Shown: in pieces, positions 48,310 through 58,084 of the stretch
Layout: every line of letters starts with the position of its first letter
How positions within the stretch are numbered: position 1 is the first letter of the stretch
Assembly (NCBI GenBank): GCA_963729895.1
Contig: CAVSQB010000005.1
Location: forward strand, 128,001-192,000
Direction of reading: 5' to 3'
Source of the DNA: an uncultured Fibrobacterota bacterium
GTDB taxonomy: Bacteria > Fibrobacterota > Chitinivibrionia > Chitinivibrionales > FEN-1185
Length of the DNA: 64,000 nt
Program-made: the position numbers and the translations under genes
Notes under the pieces: model-generated
What the model was told of the DNA's origin: nothing
The model's input: the letters and a program-made list of their open reading frames with translations, nothing else
The model's database searches: none

Positions 48310-48529
48310 GGCGTTGCCTTTACTGTATAATATACTCCTTTTTTGTCAGAATAGATACGCCCATTCCGGCCGGACATTGCGCTTGCCTTTGTCGCTTTTT
48401 CAACCTAATTTCCCCACGGATAACCCAAACAACGAGTTCTTAAAATCCTGGCGGGGGAAGTGTCTTAGTTGGCAGGTAAGAATGCGATCCTTGAATAGAG
48501 ATTAACCGGCGGTATGCGTCTTGGCATTT

Positions 48530-48619
48530 GTATCAGGCCGGACCGGAGTGGTGCGCGATAGCGCAGTGTCGGTCGACCCCGCAGGGAGGGCCGACCCGAG
48601 CGAAGTGACGGAAACGCCC
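48530..48619 (-). repeat. Structured intergenic element copy C (short form, Flavo-1-like)
   Basis: Reverse complement reads GGGCGTTTCC...GGGTCGGCCCTCC...TGCGC-TATC-GCGCA...GTCCGGCCTGATAC. Confidence 0.65.
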
Positions 48620-48735
48620 GATTCTGTTTGCTGACATTTGGCCGCACCCGCTCAGCAATCCAAGTTATTTTAAGTTCTTGAGCTTACTTCTTTTCTCTTG
48701 TAATCTTTCCATCGTCCAGCCAAAGGAATCTCTTC

Positions 48736-49485
48736 TTGCTTGACATTCTCATCATCACCCAGCTCACATTTGCCGCAATCGCCTGCGCGTTTCTCCTTTT
48801 TATCAACGCTCCCTACGGCCGTTTTGTGCGGAGCGGCTGGGGGCCGGCCGCTCCGTCCCGCTGGGCATGGATGATCATGGAATTCCCTGCGTTTTTCGTC
48901 ATCGCATTTCTGGTGGCGACGCATGCAGCCAAGGCAGGCGTGTTCGGATTTCTGTTCCTGCTGATGTGGAAATCGCATTATGTCTACCGCGTGTGGATAT
49001 ACCCGCTGGTCCTGACTTCACCGGCCAAGCCTTTTCCGCTCCTGCTCGTATTTTTCGGCCTGTGCTTCAATACGATCAACGGGCTCATTAACGGCTGGAG
49101 CCTTGTTGCCATGGGCGGCTTCTATTCGGCAAACGCCTGGGCATCGGACCCGCGGTTGTGGACCGGCGTCGCGTTGTTTGCGGTTGGGTTCGCCGTTCAC
49201 GCGCGCTCCGACAGTACCCTGCGCGCACTGCGGCGACAGGGAAACGGTGAATACGGTATACCGGAGAAGGGGCTGTTCCGCTACGTGGCCAGCCCGAATT
49301 ATCTTGGCGAAATTCTCGAATGGATCGGCTGGGCCGTCGCCACCTGGTCAATGGCGGGACTTGCCTTCGCGATATTCACTATTGCAAACCTGGTTCCTCG
49401 CGCATACGGAAACCGGCGTTGGTACCGGCAAACATTTCCGGAGTATCCTCCTCAGCGGCGCGTTATTGTTCCGTTTGTATGGTAA
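48736..49485 (+). CDS. Steroid 5-alpha-reductase family membrane protein
   Basis: 'APYGR', 'AWMIME.P', 'HY..R', 'LR.LR', 'YGIP..GLF.YV.SPNY.GE', 'WY...F..YP..R'. Confidence 0.85.
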   Translation: MLDILIITQLTFAAIACAFLLFINAPYGRFVRSGWGPAAPSRWAWMIMEFPAFFVIAFLVATHAAKAGVFGFLFLLMWKSHYVYRVWIYPLVLTSPAKPFPLLLVFFGLCFNTINGLINGWSLVAMGGFYSANAWASDPRLWTGVALFAVGFAVHARSDSTLRALRRQGNGEYGIPEKGLFRYVASPNYLGEILEWIGWAVATWSMAGLAFAIFTIANLVPRAYGNRRWYRQTFPEYPPQRRVIVPFVW

Positions 49486-49584
49486 TGCCTTTTTAGAGGC
49501 GTTTCTTGATATAAAGGAAGTAGATTACTCAGGCTTTGTCTGCATCGGTAAACCAGCCGGATATATATTAACCGTTAGACCCTC

Positions 49585-50979
49585 ATGCTTCTCTATCTGA
49601 TAAATCCGAACAATCCCCTCGTCAGTCTCACAAAGTCAAGAGAGAGCCGCTGGAACCGGTTCACCGCATGGAGGCCGCTGGGACTCCTTGTTCTTGCCGG
49701 CATGACTCCAAAGCAATGGAACATTACCGTCATCGACGAGAACCTCGGCATCCCGGATTATTCTTCTTTGCCAAGGCCGGACCTTGTGGGTATCACCGCA
49801 TTCACTTCTCAGGCGCAGCGTGCGTATGCCGTGGCAGCGCTATTCCGCTCGCGCAACGTGCCCGTTGTCATGGGCGGCATTCACGCATCGATGCGCGCCC
49901 AAGAGGCCCAGAAGAGCGTGGATGCTGTGGTAACCGGCGAAGCCGAGAGCGTGTGGCCGCAGGTGCTCGCCGACGCGTCTGCCGGCACCCTGCAGCCGCT
50001 CTACAAAGGCGAGCGCCTTTCCCTCGGCAATGTCCCGGCCGCGCGTCACGACCTCCTTCCCAAAGGGTATTTTTTCGGGTCCATCCAGATTTCCCGCGGG
50101 TGTCCGCTTGGGTGCAGCTTCTGCAGCGTCACCGCATTCAACGGCGGGCATTTCCGTCGCCGGCCCATCGTGCAAGTCATAACGGAATTAAAATTGATAA
50201 AGGAAAAACATATCCTGATCGTGGACGACAACCTCATCGGCACTCGCAAGGACCAGGTGGAGCAGACCAAAGAACTGTTCAGGGAGATGATCGCTGCGCG
50301 TGTCAACAAACGGTGGATCGCGCAGGTCACCGTCAACATGGCCGACGACGACGAATTGCTGAGGCTTGCCGCGCGGGCCGGGTGTTTCGGCGTCTTCATC
50401 GGCTTCGAATCGACCTCCAAGGAAGGGCTTGTCGAAATCCACAAGAGATTCAACATGCAGGACGGACGCGATATCAAGGCCTCTGTACGGCGTATCCAGC
50501 GGCGTGGCATCAGCGTGGTCGGGTCGTTCATTATAGGATTGGACGTTGACAAAAAGAATATCGGCGGTGAAATCGCGGCCGCAGCCAGGCGCTATGGCCT
50601 CGATGCGCTCAATGTCATGTTCCTCACGCCGCTGCCCGGCACCATGCTGTGGGACAAGCTGCAGGCGGAAAACCGCATCACCGCGAGTGATTTTCCCAGC
50701 GATTGGAAATACTACACCCTCACCTTTCCCGTGGCGCAGTATATGCATTTGACATGGAGCGACATGCTCCGCGAAAAGGAAGATTGCTACAGGAGCTTCT
50801 ATTCCTACCCGCATATTCTCAAGCGCACCAACAGCAGCCTGTGGCATTTGCGCAATCCATTCACCACACTCGTCAGCAACATGGTGTTCCGCATCAATAC
50901 GTTGACGTTCGACAGAAAGACTTACGCGAGTTTCGATGTGTCGAGAGGGAGAGCGCATGCCGAGGATGTTGCTGCGTAA
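49585..50979 (+). CDS. B12-binding radical SAM protein
   Basis: 'PLGL..LA', 'GGIHAS', 'GEAE', CxxxCxxC (RGCPLGCSFC), 'DDN', 'IGFES', 'TPLPGT'. Confidence 0.9.
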   Translation: MLLYLINPNNPLVSLTKSRESRWNRFTAWRPLGLLVLAGMTPKQWNITVIDENLGIPDYSSLPRPDLVGITAFTSQAQRAYAVAALFRSRNVPVVMGGIHASMRAQEAQKSVDAVVTGEAESVWPQVLADASAGTLQPLYKGERLSLGNVPAARHDLLPKGYFFGSIQISRGCPLGCSFCSVTAFNGGHFRRRPIVQVITELKLIKEKHILIVDDNLIGTRKDQVEQTKELFREMIAARVNKRWIAQVTVNMADDDELLRLAARAGCFGVFIGFESTSKEGLVEIHKRFNMQDGRDIKASVRRIQRRGISVVGSFIIGLDVDKKNIGGEIAAAARRYGLDALNVMFLTPLPGTMLWDKLQAENRITASDFPSDWKYYTLTFPVAQYMHLTWSDMLREKEDCYRSFYSYPHILKRTNSSLWHLRNPFTTLVSNMVFRINTLTFDRKTYASFDVSRGRAHAEDVAA

Positions 50980-51224
50980 GGTTCTTCCGCTCGTCCAGAA
51001 CAAATCACGAATCAAGTGACGCCGGTTGTCTGACCCCGTACCCCCTCAGCAGGTAACGCCCTGGCAAGAGTGGTGCAAACGTCAGTATTCATTCAACCCT
51101 CGTCCATGATCTGTTTCTCTGCCCCACACATACCTCCGGCAAAATTCCAACGTATCATTTCCCGTTCCGCCTCATCGAACTTATTTTGTAACGCATCCCC
51201 AACCAATCCCCGGAGCGTCTGTTG

Positions 51225-53738
51225 ATGCCTTCTCTTTCTATTCTTGACCTTCGCGACAAGATCGTGGACGCTCTGGAAGCCGGCTCCAACCTCATCGTCC
51301 GCGCCCCGACAGGTTCCGGAAAATCAACCCAAGTTCCGCAAATGCTCCTTGATTCGGGTTTGTGTGAAGGCCAGATCCTCGTGCTCCAGCCCCGCCGTCT
51401 TGCCGCGCGCATGCTTGCGGCGCGCGTGGCGGAAGAGAGGGCTTCCGAACTTGGCGCGGAAATCGGGTTTCAAACTAGGTTCGAGACGCTCGTGTCGCGG
51501 GATACCCGGGTGCGATTCATCACCGAAGGAATTCTGCCGCGCCTGCTCTTGACGGACAGAAAGCTTCCCGCCGTGTCGGCCGTGATTTTCGATGAATTCC
51601 ACGAGCGCAGTCTTGCAAACGACCTCGGCCTTGCGCTGGTGAAGGACCTGCAGGAAAAACACAGGCCCGATCTGCGGATCATCGTCATGTCCGCAACCGT
51701 GGATGTCGCGCCTGTTGCGGCGTACCTGGGGCATCCCGTGATTGCCGAATCTGCGGGCCGCATGTTCCCGATTGACATCAGGTATCTTGCAACGCCTCCT
51801 TCGCCAAAGACTCCCGTATGGGATCTTGCCGCGGATGCCGCGCGCGCACTCATCGGGCAGGGCGCGCTCGGGGATATTCTGGTGTTCATGCCCGGTGCGT
51901 ACGAAATACGAAGGACGGTTGAAGCGATGGGAGAGAGAGTGCGCACCGAAAGCGTGGTTGCGTTGCCGCTTTACGGAGACCTGCCGGCCGACCGGCAGCG
52001 CCGCGTGATGGAACAATTGACACGCAGGAAGATCATCGTGGCCACCAACATTGCCGAAACCTCACTCACCATTCCCGGCGTGCGCCATGTTATCGACAGC
52101 GGGCTGGCGCGTGTCGCCCGGTTTGACCCGGGCCGCGGGTTCAACACCCTGTTTACGGAACCGATCAGCGCGGATTCGGCCGACCAGCGCGCGGGCCGGG
52201 CTGGCCGCGAGGCTCCCGGCACGTGCGTGCGCCTCTGGACCGCCGCGCACCACGCGGGAAGGGCGCGGCGCACCACGCCCGAGGTGCTCAGGGTCGATTT
52301 GAGCGAGACCGTGTTGTACCTGCGCATGCTTGGTTACGATGCTGTCAATCAGTTCCGGTGGTTCGAGGCGCCCGGCGAGGCGTCTCTTGACGCGGCGGGC
52401 CGCCTCCTCACCCTGCTTGGCGCGTTGAACGGGGCTGGAGACGTAACCGAACCCGGGAAAGACATGGCTGATTTTCCCGCGCACCCGCGTCTTGCACGGT
52501 TGCTGCTCGAAGCGGGCAAGCGGGGAGCGGTGCGTCTTGCAACGTTTGCGGCCGCGCTTCTCTCCGAGCGTCCGTTCCTTGCGGGCAGGCCCGAGTATCC
52601 GGAAGCGGCCCATTGCCACGAAATCGCGTCGGATTTCTACGGCCAGTTCTGTTTACTTGAGAAGATTTCCGCGAGCGGGTTCGATGCCGGTTTGTGTGCA
52701 AGGCTTTCGGTAAACGGGGGAGCGGCGCGCGCGGTGCTTCGCACGCAGGCGCTGTTCCTTCAGCACTGCCGGCGCAAAGGTCTGCACACGCACGACGCCC
52801 AGGACGCTCCGGCTGCGCTCGCGCTCAGTCTCCTTCTGGCATATCCGGACCATCTTGCGGCCCGCAGGGACGAGGGTACGCTCATCTGCAACCTGCGTGA
52901 CGGCCGCAGGGGCGAACTTGCCGGTGACAGCCTTGCGAGGAGCGCCCGTCTCCTTGTCGCCGCCGACATTCGCGAAGCAAAAGGCGCCAAGCATGCGCTC
53001 CGGACCGTGCTTACCCTTGCCACCGAGATCAAGGAGGAATGGCTGCACCAATATTTTGCAGATGCCTGGAGCGAAGAATCTGCCGTGGAATGGAATTCCG
53101 TTGCCCAGGCGGTTGACAGCAGCGTGCGAAGGCGGTGCCTGGGCGTTCTTATCGAAGAGAAAACAGGCGCCGGCGCAAACTCACCGGAAGTTTCGTCGCT
53201 GCTTGCGGACACGATCGTCGGCAAAGGCCTGAAGCTTTCCGGGTGGGACGGGGCAGCCGCGGATCTGATCAACCGCGTGGCCTGGGTCGCCGAACAATTC
53301 CCGGATGCCTCTCTGCCGCGCTTTACGGATGAGGACCGGAGCCTGGCTGTACACGCGCTGTGTGCGGGCGAGCGGCGGTACGATAGCGTAAAGGACAAAC
53401 CGGTGCTGCCGTACCTGCAGGAATTGCTCAGCGGGAAGCAACGCGCCTTTGTGGACGCCATGGCGCCGCAGAGCATGGAGCTTCCTTCCGGACGCCGGCT
53501 TCGCATCACCTACGAACCCGGCCGTCAGCCCCGCGCACGGACGCGCATCCAGGACCTGTACGGCGTGCGAAACACGCCGCGGGTCGCGGGCAACAGAGTC
53601 GGCGTACTCATGGAAATCCTTGCGCCCAGCAACCGGCCGGTCCAGATCACCGACGATCTTGCGAGTTTCTGGAGCGTCCAATACCCGGAAATCAAGAAGA
53701 CGCTCGGCAGGCGGTATCCAAAGCACGAGTGGCGATGA
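51225..53738 (+). CDS. hrpB: ATP-dependent helicase HrpB
   Basis: 'APTGSGKST', 'QPRRLAAR', 'DEFHERS', 'MSAT', 'ATNIAETSLTI', 'QRAGRAGR', C-terminal 'RYPKHEW'. Confidence 0.95.
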   Translation: MPSLSILDLRDKIVDALEAGSNLIVRAPTGSGKSTQVPQMLLDSGLCEGQILVLQPRRLAARMLAARVAEERASELGAEIGFQTRFETLVSRDTRVRFITEGILPRLLLTDRKLPAVSAVIFDEFHERSLANDLGLALVKDLQEKHRPDLRIIVMSATVDVAPVAAYLGHPVIAESAGRMFPIDIRYLATPPSPKTPVWDLAADAARALIGQGALGDILVFMPGAYEIRRTVEAMGERVRTESVVALPLYGDLPADRQRRVMEQLTRRKIIVATNIAETSLTIPGVRHVIDSGLARVARFDPGRGFNTLFTEPISADSADQRAGRAGREAPGTCVRLWTAAHHAGRARRTTPEVLRVDLSETVLYLRMLGYDAVNQFRWFEAPGEASLDAAGRLLTLLGALNGAGDVTEPGKDMADFPAHPRLARLLLEAGKRGAVRLATFAAALLSERPFLAGRPEYPEAAHCHEIASDFYGQFCLLEKISASGFDAGLCARLSVNGGAARAVLRTQALFLQHCRRKGLHTHDAQDAPAALALSLLLAYPDHLAARRDEGTLICNLRDGRRGELAGDSLARSARLLVAADIREAKGAKHALRTVLTLATEIKEEWLHQYFADAWSEESAVEWNSVAQAVDSSVRRRCLGVLIEEKTGAGANSPEVSSLLADTIVGKGLKLSGWDGAAADLINRVAWVAEQFPDASLPRFTDEDRSLAVHALCAGERRYDSVKDKPVLPYLQELLSGKQRAFVDAMAPQSMELPSGRRLRITYEPGRQPRARTRIQDLYGVRNTPRVAGNRVGVLMEILAPSNRPVQITDDLASFWSVQYPEIKKTLGRRYPKHEWR

Positions 53739-53758
53739 CGGGCACGGCGAACGGAGGC

Positions 53759-54205
53759 CTAGGTACTGCCGTCAGCCGGGAAACGAGGCGCGAAATCCGG
53801 TGCGTTCGTGCGTTCACTCCTGGAATCGGAATCCGCTCCGAGGATCTGTTTGTGTATCTCTTCCCTTATGCGCGCAAGGATTTCCCTTGTGTGAACGCCC
53901 CGCCGCTGCGTTTCTCTTCTTGCCCACCGCATGAGGCGCCATATGGTGAGCAGGCTCATGCCTTTTGAGCTTATGGTGAGCGTGGTGCCGCAGGAACAGT
54001 TCGCAAGCGCGATGGTGCCGATTGGCGACCACGGTGTCCATCGTCCGGATTCGGCGTCGTAGGAAACGGGATCGCCGCGGGGAATCGTGTTCCGCAGGTA
54101 TTCTTCGAAAGTATTAAAGCGCCGACCGCACGAAGAGCATGTCTTGGGAAACTTGGTGCGCTCTATAAACGAGCGAATGATCTTGACAGCATCGGATTCG
54201 GTCAT
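53759..54205 (-). CDS. Hypothetical protein with putative zinc-binding cysteines
   Basis: 'FPKTCSSCGRRF' and 'NCSCGTTL' motifs. Confidence 0.6.
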   Translation of the reverse strand: MTESDAVKIIRSFIERTKFPKTCSSCGRRFNTFEEYLRNTIPRGDPVSYDAESGRWTPWSPIGTIALANCSCGTTLTISSKGMSLLTIWRLMRWARRETQRRGVHTREILARIREEIHKQILGADSDSRSERTNAPDFAPRFPADGST

Positions 54206-54216
54206 GATGGCCCCGC

Positions 54217-54696
54217 TTATTGTTTGAACTGTATTGTGCAGGTCGGGCATCCCGTGCAAATTCTGTCTTCTCCCATGGGGGCAAACGAACATCCGAATTC
54301 CTCCGCCCAGCCCGAGTATTCCGCGTTGCAAATCCTGCTGCTGATCTCGTGCGCCAAATGTGTCCTGTTTGATTTCACCAGCTTATCGTACCACGGACAC
54401 CGGGCCACCGTGATTTCGAAGGAGGTGTTTCCGGGAACGGTTGTGAATTCGAAGCCGTCGAGCGACAGCTTGGCCTCAAAACATTCCCTTAACGCAACAA
54501 GACCGCCGCCCCGGTCGAGAAACTGTTTCATCTGCCTGGCCTGGATCTTGGGCATCACGCGCCACACAGCCTCGTCTATGTCAAGTGCCTTGTCGAAACC
54601 GAACGCGTCCTCGACTTTCATGAACCACAGGCCGTCTACCGAGGCGTAGCTTTTCTGAAGATAGGCCGAGATTTGCCGGGGAGAAAGCTTAAGCAT
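54217..54696 (-). CDS. DUF6125 / ATC-hydrolase-like (V4R-type) protein
   Basis: 'VDGLWF', 'CPW', 'C..E', terminal Cys cluster. Confidence 0.65.
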   Translation of the reverse strand: MLKLSPRQISAYLQKSYASVDGLWFMKVEDAFGFDKALDIDEAVWRVMPKIQARQMKQFLDRGGGLVALRECFEAKLSLDGFEFTTVPGNTSFEITVARCPWYDKLVKSNRTHLAHEISSRICNAEYSGWAEEFGCSFAPMGEDRICTGCPTCTIQFKQ

Positions 54697-54910
54697 AGGA
54701 TGAATCCTTTGGTATGAAGGTAATATAATAACTTGGATAGTCCATGGAAATGTCTGTTCACTCTTGTTATCAAGGGAAAGAAGGATCCTTAGCATATCTG
54801 TGTCAGGTGCGCCTGGCACCTCCCTTGAACACTATCAATGCGTATCTCGCCCCGCCCTGTCGCAGCGCTTCTTTGCTTTATCCCAATCAATCTTCTATTT
54901 TTAGCCTCTC

Positions 54911-55705
54911 ATGAAAATCATCGATTTCCATACTCACATATTTCCCGACGACCTTGCCGAACGCGCCCTTACCGCTTTAAAGGCCCATTCGCCGGAATCC
55001 AAATCATACACGGACGGCACGCTTGCCGGGCTCAAGAAATCGATGAAAGAGGCCGGGATAACCCGTTCCGTCCTTCTTCCCATTGCCACGAAACCTTCGC
55101 AGGTCGCAACAATCAACAAAACGTGCAGGGGCTTGATGGCCTCCGACACCGTTCCTTTCGGCACGCTGCATCCGGGCGTCGATTCCTTTGCCGACGACAT
55201 TGCGTTTCTCGTCTCATCCGGCGTCAAGGGCGTAAAATTCCATCCTGAATACCAGGATTTCTTCATCGACGAGCCGCGTTATTTTCCCCTGTACGAAGCG
55301 CTCCAGGCTTCGGGCCTGATTGTGGTTTTTCATGCCGGAAAAGATCCGGGGCCGTTCACCTGCGATCACGCGCTGCCGCCTGCGTTCAGGAAAATTCATG
55401 CCGCTTTTCCTCGCCTGAGGATCGTCGCAGCGCACATGGGCGGATGGAAAGTGTGGAATGAAGTTGAAAAATACATGCTCGAACTGCCGATATACTTTGA
55501 CACGTCGGCCATCCGAGAATGGATGGCCCCCAGTGAGTTTCTCCGGCTTGCGCGGAAACACGGCACCGAGAGGCTTTTGTTCGGGACGGACTCGCCCTGG
55601 TTCGATCAGGGCGGAGACGTCGCATGGATCGATTCAATGAAATTGACACAAACGGAGAAAGAACGGATCTTCTTCCGCAACGCCGAAGCGCTGTTGAGCG
55701 AATGA
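54911..55705 (+). CDS. Amidohydrolase_2 family TIM-barrel metallohydrolase
   Basis: 'IDFHTH', 'GVKFHP', 'FHAG', 'AHMGG', 'LFGTDSP', 'NAEALL'. Confidence 0.88.
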   Translation: MKIIDFHTHIFPDDLAERALTALKAHSPESKSYTDGTLAGLKKSMKEAGITRSVLLPIATKPSQVATINKTCRGLMASDTVPFGTLHPGVDSFADDIAFLVSSGVKGVKFHPEYQDFFIDEPRYFPLYEALQASGLIVVFHAGKDPGPFTCDHALPPAFRKIHAAFPRLRIVAAHMGGWKVWNEVEKYMLELPIYFDTSAIREWMAPSEFLRLARKHGTERLLFGTDSPWFDQGGDVAWIDSMKLTQTEKERIFFRNAEALLSE

Positions 55706-55766
55706 CGGCATGCGTGCCACCCGGGTCCTGGCGGTTGATCGCTTCAATCATGTAATTTTGGAGTTT

Positions 55767-57506
55767 ATGGAACTTCAAAGCGAGAACGCGAATATGGAGC
55801 TGTTGTCCGGCGACGAAGCCGTCGCCCGCGGAGCCTGGGAAGCCGGGCTTCGGGTGGCCTGCGCGTATCCCGGCACGCCCTCCACGGAGATCCTGGAAAC
55901 GCTCGCCGGTTTCGACGGCGTTGATACGCAATGGTCCGTCAACGAGAAAGTGGCGTTCGAAGTTGCGCTCGGGTCGGCCATTGCAGGCGGGCGAAGCCTG
56001 TACGCGTCGAAACACGTAGGGCTCAACGTGGCCATGGACCCGCTCATGACAGCCTCGTACACGGGCATCAACGCGGGGTTCGTCGCGGTGGTGTGCGACG
56101 ATCCGGGCCTTGCATCGTCGCAGAACGAGCAGGATACGCGATGGGTGGCCCCGTACGCGAAACTCCCCCTTATCGAGCCGGCAAGCGCCCGGGAAGCGCT
56201 CTTGTTTATCAAGGAAGCCTTCACGATAAGCGAACGGTTCGATACGCCGGTCCTTTTCCGCATGACCACGCGGGTGGCGCATTCCAAGGAGAACGTTGCG
56301 GTGGGCGCCAGGGAGGATGTTCCCGTACGTCCGTTTATTCCCGATATTCCCAAGTACGTGATGGTGCCGCGGAACGCCTACCGGAAGCACATTCTGGTCG
56401 AGAAACGGTTGCTCGCCCTTGCCGCCCTGTCCGAAACCACCTCGCTTAACAGAATAGAAAAAGGAAGCGCAAAGCTCGGTTTTATCGCGTCCGGGATACC
56501 GTATCAGTATCTCAAGGAGACATTTCCCGACGCGTCATACCTAAAACTGGGGTTCACCTACCCGTTGTGCGACAGGAAGATCGCGCGTTTTGCGAAGACC
56601 GTCCGGGAACTCGTGGTGGTGGAGGAACTCGATCCGATCATCGAAGACCATGTAAGGATGCTTGGAATCAAAGTAAGGGCAAAGCACCCAACTTTCCGGA
56701 TAGGCGAGCTCCTGCCCGAACACATGCCGCTTATTTACAAGGGCGCAAAGAAGAAGGAAGTCCCTTCGTCCGCCCGAAAGCCTGTACTGTGTCCCGGGTG
56801 CCCGCACCGGTTCGTATTTTCGGTTCTTAAGCGCAACAAGGCGATCGTCGCAGGAGACATTGGCTGCTACACGCTTGCCGCCACGCCGCCCTTATCAACC
56901 CTGCACACGTGCCTCTGCATGGGTTCGGCGATCACGATGCACGAAGGGTTCAGGCGTATACTGCCGGACGGCAAAATAGTTGGCGTGCTGGGCGATTCCA
57001 CGTTTGTCCATTCGGGCCTGACCGGACTCGTGAACGCCGCCTACAATAAGATGAAAGGTCTTATTATCGTGCTCGACAACTCGACCACGGCCATGACCGG
57101 CGGCCAGAACCATCCTGCAACGGGAAGAACCATCCGCAACGAAGCGACAAAGCAACTGTCTATCGAGGGAATGTGCGCCGCGTGCGGCGCGGACAACGTC
57201 GACGTGGTCGATCCGAAGAACCTCAAACAGCTGGACGCGCTTGTCAAACAGCGGCTTGCGGGCGACGGGCTGTCGGTGATTGTCGCACGGCGGCCGTGCA
57301 AACTCGTTGACCGTGAGAGATCGCCCGGGCCGGACTACGATCAGGTCAAGTGCAAGACGTGCGGGCTGTGCTTCAATCTCGATTGCCCTGCGCTCGTCAA
57401 GACGGCGGACGGATTCGTGGATATCAACAGGTCCCTGTGCGCCGGGTGCTATTTGTGCGTCGAAACGTGCGCGACCGGGGCGCTCACCCGCCCGGCCAAA
57501 GCGTGA
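55767..57506 (+). CDS. iorA: Indolepyruvate:ferredoxin oxidoreductase alpha subunit
   Basis: 'G.EAVARG', 'YPGTPSTEI', 'NEKVA', 'KHVGLNVA', 'CPGCPHR', 'GDIGCY', 'GDSTF.HSG', C-terminal ferredoxin cysteines. Start 55767 or 55794. Confidence 0.93.
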   Translation: MELQSENANMELLSGDEAVARGAWEAGLRVACAYPGTPSTEILETLAGFDGVDTQWSVNEKVAFEVALGSAIAGGRSLYASKHVGLNVAMDPLMTASYTGINAGFVAVVCDDPGLASSQNEQDTRWVAPYAKLPLIEPASAREALLFIKEAFTISERFDTPVLFRMTTRVAHSKENVAVGAREDVPVRPFIPDIPKYVMVPRNAYRKHILVEKRLLALAALSETTSLNRIEKGSAKLGFIASGIPYQYLKETFPDASYLKLGFTYPLCDRKIARFAKTVRELVVVEELDPIIEDHVRMLGIKVRAKHPTFRIGELLPEHMPLIYKGAKKKEVPSSARKPVLCPGCPHRFVFSVLKRNKAIVAGDIGCYTLAATPPLSTLHTCLCMGSAITMHEGFRRILPDGKIVGVLGDSTFVHSGLTGLVNAAYNKMKGLIIVLDNSTTAMTGGQNHPATGRTIRNEATKQLSIEGMCAACGADNVDVVDPKNLKQLDALVKQRLAGDGLSVIVARRPCKLVDRERSPGPDYDQVKCKTCGLCFNLDCPALVKTADGFVDINRSLCAGCYLCVETCATGALTRPAKA

Positions 57507-57549
57507 CTCTTAAGCTCCCGGAATGGAATTGCTTCTGCGGGAACATGCT

Positions 57550-58080
57550 ATGAAATCAACCACAAGAAAGTCAAAACCGCTCGATAAGATCTGGAACGTC
57601 TTCTTCTGCGGCACGGGCGGCCAGGGCGTGCTCACGGCAGCGGAGATTTGTGCGGTTGCCGCCATGCATGCGGGGTATCATGTCAAGAAATCGGAAGTGC
57701 ACGGCATGGCCCAGAGGGGCGGTTCGGTCGAATCCCACATACGGTTCGGCACTAGAATTTTTTCACCGCTTATCAAACCCGGTTCTGCCGATTTCCTGGT
57801 CTGTTTCCACGAGGGAGAGGGAACGCGGCTCAATTACTATCTGAGGAAGGGCGGAACATCCTTTCTCCCGTTTATCAAAGACCCCGCGTTCCAGCCGGCC
57901 GACAGGCGTTTTGTCAACACGTACTTTCTCGGCATTCTGAGCGCATTCTTGCCGATGCCCGAAGAGTCGTGGCGGTTTGCGCTGACGTGCCAGCTCAAGC
58001 GCTTGCTCACGGAAAACCAGGCTGCGTTCGGCGACGGGAGAAAAGCGGGATGTGCGCACACGCCCGGACGGAACGGCTGA
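57550..58080 (+). CDS. iorB: Indolepyruvate oxidoreductase beta subunit (short form)
   Basis: 'G.GGQG', 'SEVHGMAQRGGSV', 'SPLI..G.AD', 'N..AF..G'. Confidence 0.88.
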   Translation: MKSTTRKSKPLDKIWNVFFCGTGGQGVLTAAEICAVAAMHAGYHVKKSEVHGMAQRGGSVESHIRFGTRIFSPLIKPGSADFLVCFHEGEGTRLNYYLRKGGTSFLPFIKDPAFQPADRRFVNTYFLGILSAFLPMPEESWRFALTCQLKRLLTENQAAFGDGRKAGCAHTPGRNG

Positions 58081-58084
58081 TCCC

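Noticed and set aside
51030..51140. Tiny minus-strand ORFs after GGAGGT between the radical SAM gene and hrpB
   Set aside because: The SD abuts the ATG, and the 12- and 26-codon ORFs have no features.
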